Below are positions 58,918 through 64,000 of a stretch of 64,000 nucleotides of DNA, one piece after another. Each line of letters begins with the position of its first letter. Position 1 is the stretch's first letter. The stretch is from the NCBI GenBank assembly GCA_964199315.1, contig OZ116699.1:19902001-19966000 (forward strand). Reading direction: 5' to 3'. This DNA comes from Orbicella franksi (taxonomy: Eukaryota). Below the pieces are notes generated by a model. That model had not been told where the DNA came from, did no database searches, and worked only from the letters and a program-made list of their open reading frames with translations. The position numbers and the translations under genes are program-made.

Positions 58918-61900
58918 ATGGATTGTCCTCTTAACTGGGTAAGTGTAGCAGTATTCCAAAAGTTGAATATGTTCTTCACGATGATTTACAGCGTAATGTA
59001 GCTGTTGGTAGTAAACTGTAACGTGAGAATCAAATTTATATATGAAGGCTTAAAATTTTCGAACAACATTGCTTATTATATAAAAAAAAGTCTTACAGAA
59101 TAAAGTAGTGAGTCCCAAACAGTGTGTTTTTTTTAAAGTTGCAATCTGAAGCTTATTATAAATACATGAACATCAAGTCAGGACAAAAAAAAAAAAGAAA
59201 AAAACTACTTTCAGAAATAATAATATAGGCTTACTTACAAAAATTTCAGCTGGTTGATTGGCTGACAGCATGTCAGTTAATCTCTAACAGTGCAGAAAGT
59301 TGAAATTGAGTGTAAAAAGTTAAATTGCATGTAATTGCATATATTTATGACCTAGTAATCAAGTGATTTTTCTTGTGCAATATTTTGGATTAGAAAATAA
59401 CCCAAAGAAAATATGCGTGCTGATTGGTTTAAAATCATGTTTTTATGAAACAATTAGATTGTGAGCTTGAGATTTCTATTTCTTAATGGTTGATGAGGGC
59501 ACAGCACAAGTCAACTATCACGCATAGGAATTGAGAACAAATAATCTAATTGTTTTAGTATAAATCTGCTAGTCCTTCAAAACTTTATCGAAATCCTCTT
59601 CACAGACACTTTGGAAATGCCAAGAAGCGGCCGTTATTTTGTTAGCAAGGGCACACTGCTATGCTGCTCACTATCTATCACAGAATAGACAGTGGGTAAC
59701 ATAGCCAATCAGAGAATGGCATTCGTGGTAGAACGCTAGTAGATTTATACTAAAACTCGATAGAAACACAGAACTAGCATGAGTTGTTGATGTAATGATG
59801 GCATGAGCAAAGAGAAGTTACATTTTAATGATCAAAGTAAACAGGTTGTTTTTCTTTTTTTTGTCGCAGTATTTTCTAAAAGATAAGAGAAAACACGTTC
59901 TCCATGGTTCTATTGAGTTTTGTTGTTTTATAAAAGCACTTGTGAAAGTTTGGGACAACTCGAAAAAGCTGTCGAAACATTTGCCTAACGGCTTCTGTTC
60001 CCACAGTATTTCTCGTTCTCCCAAACTCTCACTCATGTTTCTATTAAACAATTAGATTATGAGCTTGAGATTTCTATCGCATGATAGTCAACAAGGGTGC
60101 AGGCCGGGTCAACTATCATGCATAGAAATCGAGAGCAAGAAATCTAATTGTTTTAGCATAAATCTACTAGTCGTTCAAAACTTTATCTAAATCCTCTTCA
60201 CAGCCACTTTGAAAATGCCAAGAAGCGGTTTTCATTTTGTTAACGAGGGCACACTGCCATTCTACTCACTTTCACAGAATAGATAGTGAGTAGTGTAGCC
60301 AATCAGAGAACCGGATTCGTGAGAGAACGCTAGTAGATTTATACTAAAACTTGATAGGCACATGGTATGTGTTTTCCATTCCTTAAATGTTGTATAATAT
60401 ACAAATCACACTTCTATAATACTTTAGGCTCATCAGCAGGACAGGAGGGCTGAGGCTTTGGTCAACCACAGGAAATTTGAAGATGCAATAATTTGTCACC
60501 AAAAAGCATCAGGTGAGTGTTGAAGAATGTTTTATTGTTATTTGCATTAATTAGTTTTATTTGCATAAAATATTTCATAGAGAGGTAATGTTGGATCAAA
60601 TTGCCAAGTCAAGTTAGTATGCTAAGATAAGAACAGGATGTTGAGGCTCTGTGGTGAGCTATCAATAACTATTAACATAAATGTGTACTGTGACACACTC
60701 TAGTGACAGTTGGCAATTGAAAAGTAACTTATCAAAGACCAAATCAGAGCCCTGCTAATGACAAGCCCCCTTTTTTTATTGCTAAACACATAATTACTTA
60801 CATTGCCTTGCTCTACTTACAACACGACACAATACTTAACCTACTTACAATACACTACATTATTGCTATTATTGTTATTATTGTTATTATTATTATGATG
60901 ATGATTTCTAATGCTTTAACTGTCTTACAAATGTCACTTACAATTAGGGGTGTAACTATTCATATTCCTTGCGATTTGATTCAATTTCGATTATTGCCTT
61001 TCAATTTCGATTATTTCGATTTGATTATGCAAAATATTAAAATGTTTTTTAATTCTTACAACATAATACATGATGTAAACAACCTACAACCCTTGACCCA
61101 CATGGTTTGCCTTATTTGGAAATTCTCAAGAGGTGTTAGAAGGGCAACATTCTTACCATGTAACACAAATTGGCACATGAACTCCAAACGTCTTTACTCG
61201 TCAATCAAAAACGCACATTTTAAAGAGTTCTGGATTCTGATTTCACAATATAATAACTCACTGAGGGCACTCTGAGAAAGGTATGCAAAAAATTGAGCCA
61301 AAATTGCAACATGGAATCAAAGAATCATGAATCAAACCAAACGGTCATAATTGCGATTAATCAAGAATTCAATTAATCGTTACACCACTACTTACAATAC
61401 ATCAACTAAAAAACAAACCTATTTACAATACTTGGCATTACCTTACTTACTTACAATACGCAATAATTACTTACTATGACTTACACATTACGTTACTTAA
61501 GGAGTTACAATACAATATAATTACTTAAATATAATTATTAAAGAAAGAAAAACAACAACAACAACAAACATACAAACAAACAAAAAACTCGCAACAAATT
61601 GCAAAGGGAAATGCCTTAAAATAATGGTGAGCAGGAATTTCCACTTCTGTTGAGATTCCCTTTCACCATTCAACGTGGCAGCAATATATTTTTCTATCTT
61701 GATTTTATCCTGCACTAATGAGATGAAGCAAGCCCTTTTTTGTAGTACCAATGGGTTCATCAGTCATATTACCTTGCTGTGACTGCTCCCTTGTGTATAA
61801 TGAATGACCTTAGCCATATGATTATACTGGACATGGAAGCATTGACTAAATAATCGGCATAATTCATTAGACTTATCTGGATTTTCTTGCTGCTCTTAGT

Positions 61901-63348
61901 GACTATGAAGCTAATAGTTTCTTTTAACCTAAATATCTTCAGAGTTTCTCCAGGAGGCAATGAAGATGACCCAGGTCAAACAGGTATGATTTAAAATTTG
62001 TTCTAATATTAATATTGTGGGCAACCAAAAGGAGCCCACAATCCTAATCTCAAGGTTACTGATACACATGCACAGCATGTTAATGGTAAACATCAAGAAA
62101 ATTCCTTTTGGTCATCCACTAGGAATTAATAGGGAGCTTAAGCAAGCCATTATAGCAATGCCAATGAGAACTTTGCCAAACAAAAGGTTTAATGAGAAGA
62201 ACAATGGCTGTATTTATGCCTTATAAAGTACATTTCGTAGCTGTCCTCTGCAAAACAATAACTTGAAATGACCAAGTTCTGTGTATTTTGGAGAATGTGA
62301 ACCACACTGGCTAATTTTTCGTATTTCCTTTTGGAATTTAACTCTGTCATTACATATTTAGCCTGGGCAGGTTTTTAGACCAATGTGCATACTGAACAGA
62401 TCTAAACAGTTGCAACATTTGGAGGTAAAACTTAAAATTAATTCATTTTTTCTAGGCGTCATTTTCGGTGTCTCTGTGGTCATTGTTTAAGCTCCCTAAT
62501 GGAATGTACAAAGCATTAACCATTAGGCCACTGCACCTCCCTCAAGGGAAATATGTCTTAATTCTAAAAGTTTTTAATTTATTCCTGTCTCCTACTAGGC
62601 TCTGGTTTCCTTGCAGTTACAGGTAAACAATCATGGTCGGCAGCAAAGAATCTTGAAAGAAAAATGGAAGAGATGTGAAATTGAACAACAAAAGAGAATG
62701 CAGGAACAGGCAAGGGTAATTCAAGAAAGACCAAATCATGAAATGGCCAAAAGCGACAGAGGTGTACCAGCAAAAGTGGAAATGAAAAACAGTACAGAAT
62801 TGGTTGATGTTAAAAAAGAAACAGAATGTTTGCAATCTAGTAGTTTAGTGATATCAGCAGAGAACTTCTCGGTGTCATCCACAAGCTCTTCCTCTGACTG
62901 TGCTGGTTCTAAAGATGAGAAATCAGCAGTAAAAGATCTTGAAGGACAAGTCAGTGACTTGCAAATGCAAGTTCTATCTCTTAGTCAGGAATTAGAGGAC
63001 TGCAACAGGGAGAACTCAAGGTTGAAGAAAGCGCTAGACAATGTTCGTGAGTTTGTGAAGTTTCAATTCGGTTATGAAATTGAAGATGAAATGCTTGATT
63101 TTAATCTTGTCAAGAGCCAGCGTGGAACTCAATTAGAGCTGTTTCCTAGCAATGCTCACCTAATTCAAGAGAGTAAAGATAGGGATGTTTATAATGAAGA
63201 TTTAAAAGGAGAACATCAGGCAGTTATGTGTAAAGAAATCGGTGCCAAGACCACTGAGAGTGAGTTTGATAAAGACATACCTCTTCCTGCTTTAGAAACA
63301 CCTCAATTTACTTATGAAGATGAACATAATGAAGAAGCAACCAGTTGA
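58918..63348 (+). CDS. NRBF2: NRBF2/Atg38-like autophagy PI3K-complex subunit (MIT domain plus coiled coil), 4 exons, ~298 aa
   Basis: Exons 58918-58938, 60428-60512, 61943-61983, 62599-63348 with GT-AG borders and phases 0, 1, 0. The spliced N-terminus MDCPLNWAHQQDRRAEALVNHRKFEDAIICHQKASEFLQEAMKMTQVKQALVSLQLQ matches the NRBF2 MIT pattern (PLNLAHQQSRRA...EEAISCHKKAA, from memory). C-terminal coiled coil LEGQVSDLQ...ENSRLKK. Confidence 0.92.
59449..60348 (+). repeat. Two direct copies (59449-59754 and 60047-60348) of the hairpin-bearing repeat, in NRBF2 intron 1
   Basis: Both begin AACAATTAGATT(G/A)TGAGCTTGAGATTTCTAT and end GAACGCTAGTAGATTTATACTAAAAC. Same family as 3749-4628. Confidence 0.85.
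60945..61390. mobile_element. hAT-type MITE, 446 bp, 8-bp TSD CTTACAAT, in NRBF2 intron 2
   Basis: TIR TAGGGGTGTAAC ... GTTACACCACTA (1 mismatch). CTTACAAT at 60937-60944 and 61391-61398. TAGGG termini with an 8-bp TSD are typical of hAT. Confidence 0.85.
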
Positions 63349-64000
63349 CAGGCTCTGCCTAGTGATTCCGTGTGTAGTGTTTGGTAACGATCACTTTTAA
63401 GAGTTCAACGATATTAGTTAGTTGTTGTCAGGTAGATTGTAGCTTGTCAATGAAACTACCTTTCTTCACTGCCATTCAACACTAGCTGACTTCGCAGTAG
63501 ACATCTCCCCACAACTTTAGACATAGTTCAGAGGCTGAGTGAAGTTGGTAACATTGAAATCCATGGCAACTGAACTCATGAATGTAAAATAAATGGAAGT
63601 TACTGGTCAGTGTGTTGTTACTTGTTCCTAAAATGTTGACCTTCTTTGGGTGGACCGTCAAAGATAGTAGAAGTTTGTCATTTGGGACTTTTGAGGGGTG
63701 GGGGATTTCAAAGGCCTCAACTTTTAAAGGAAAGAATGACGATAAAATGGAATTTCCAGAGGGGTGGTGGTGGGGGTTCATACTAGGTTACACAGTCGCT
63801 CATTTTTCTTAGTGCCAGTCGAGTGGGCATGTATTTGAGCATGTGTGTGCAAAAATCATCTTGAACCAGGAGAAATTATGTGAGTCAGAAAGGTCATTTT
63901 ATGTGCACTCATGTGCCATCTCACTTGACTAACACTGAGAAGAGTATGGAGCTACTTGAAGTCTAAACCCTCTATGGATATTTTCTGGTCGGGATCAACA

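Noticed and set aside
60808-61275. 155-aa ORF with a hydrophobic Ile-rich stretch
   Set aside because: It is built from an (ATT)n low-complexity tract plus the hAT MITE inside NRBF2 intron 2.

Overview
This is AT-rich, intron-containing animal DNA. The gene set, splice signals and repeat families point to a cnidarian, most likely a stony coral (inference). There is no prokaryotic content, CRISPR array or rRNA. I rebuilt eight protein-coding genes by hand from splice sites. (1) DDX56-like DEAD-box helicase, minus strand, with 13 small exons in the window, running off the left edge. (2, 3) Two convergent, paralogous ankyrin-repeat TRP channels with identical intron positions and a palindromic double AATAAA at the midpoint between their stop codons. 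(4) An intronless, C-terminally truncated RCHY1/Pirh2-like RING-CHY gene. (5, 6) FBXO22-like and UBOX5/RNF37-like genes head-to-head, with only 98 bp between start codons. (7) A single-exon 1405-aa secreted mosaic protease: signal peptide, LRRs, 13 TSP1 repeats, one CCP and a trypsin-like domain carrying a mesotrypsin-type Gly193Arg. (8) NRBF2-like. Introns and intergenic DNA hold MITEs (several with clear TIRs/TSDs), tRNA-derived SINEs, a ~700-bp foldback, a probable LINE 3' end and two 8-bp-period satellites. The best candidates for new biology are the LRR-TSP1-CCP protease and the TRP channel pair. All family assignments come from recalled motifs; no database search was run.
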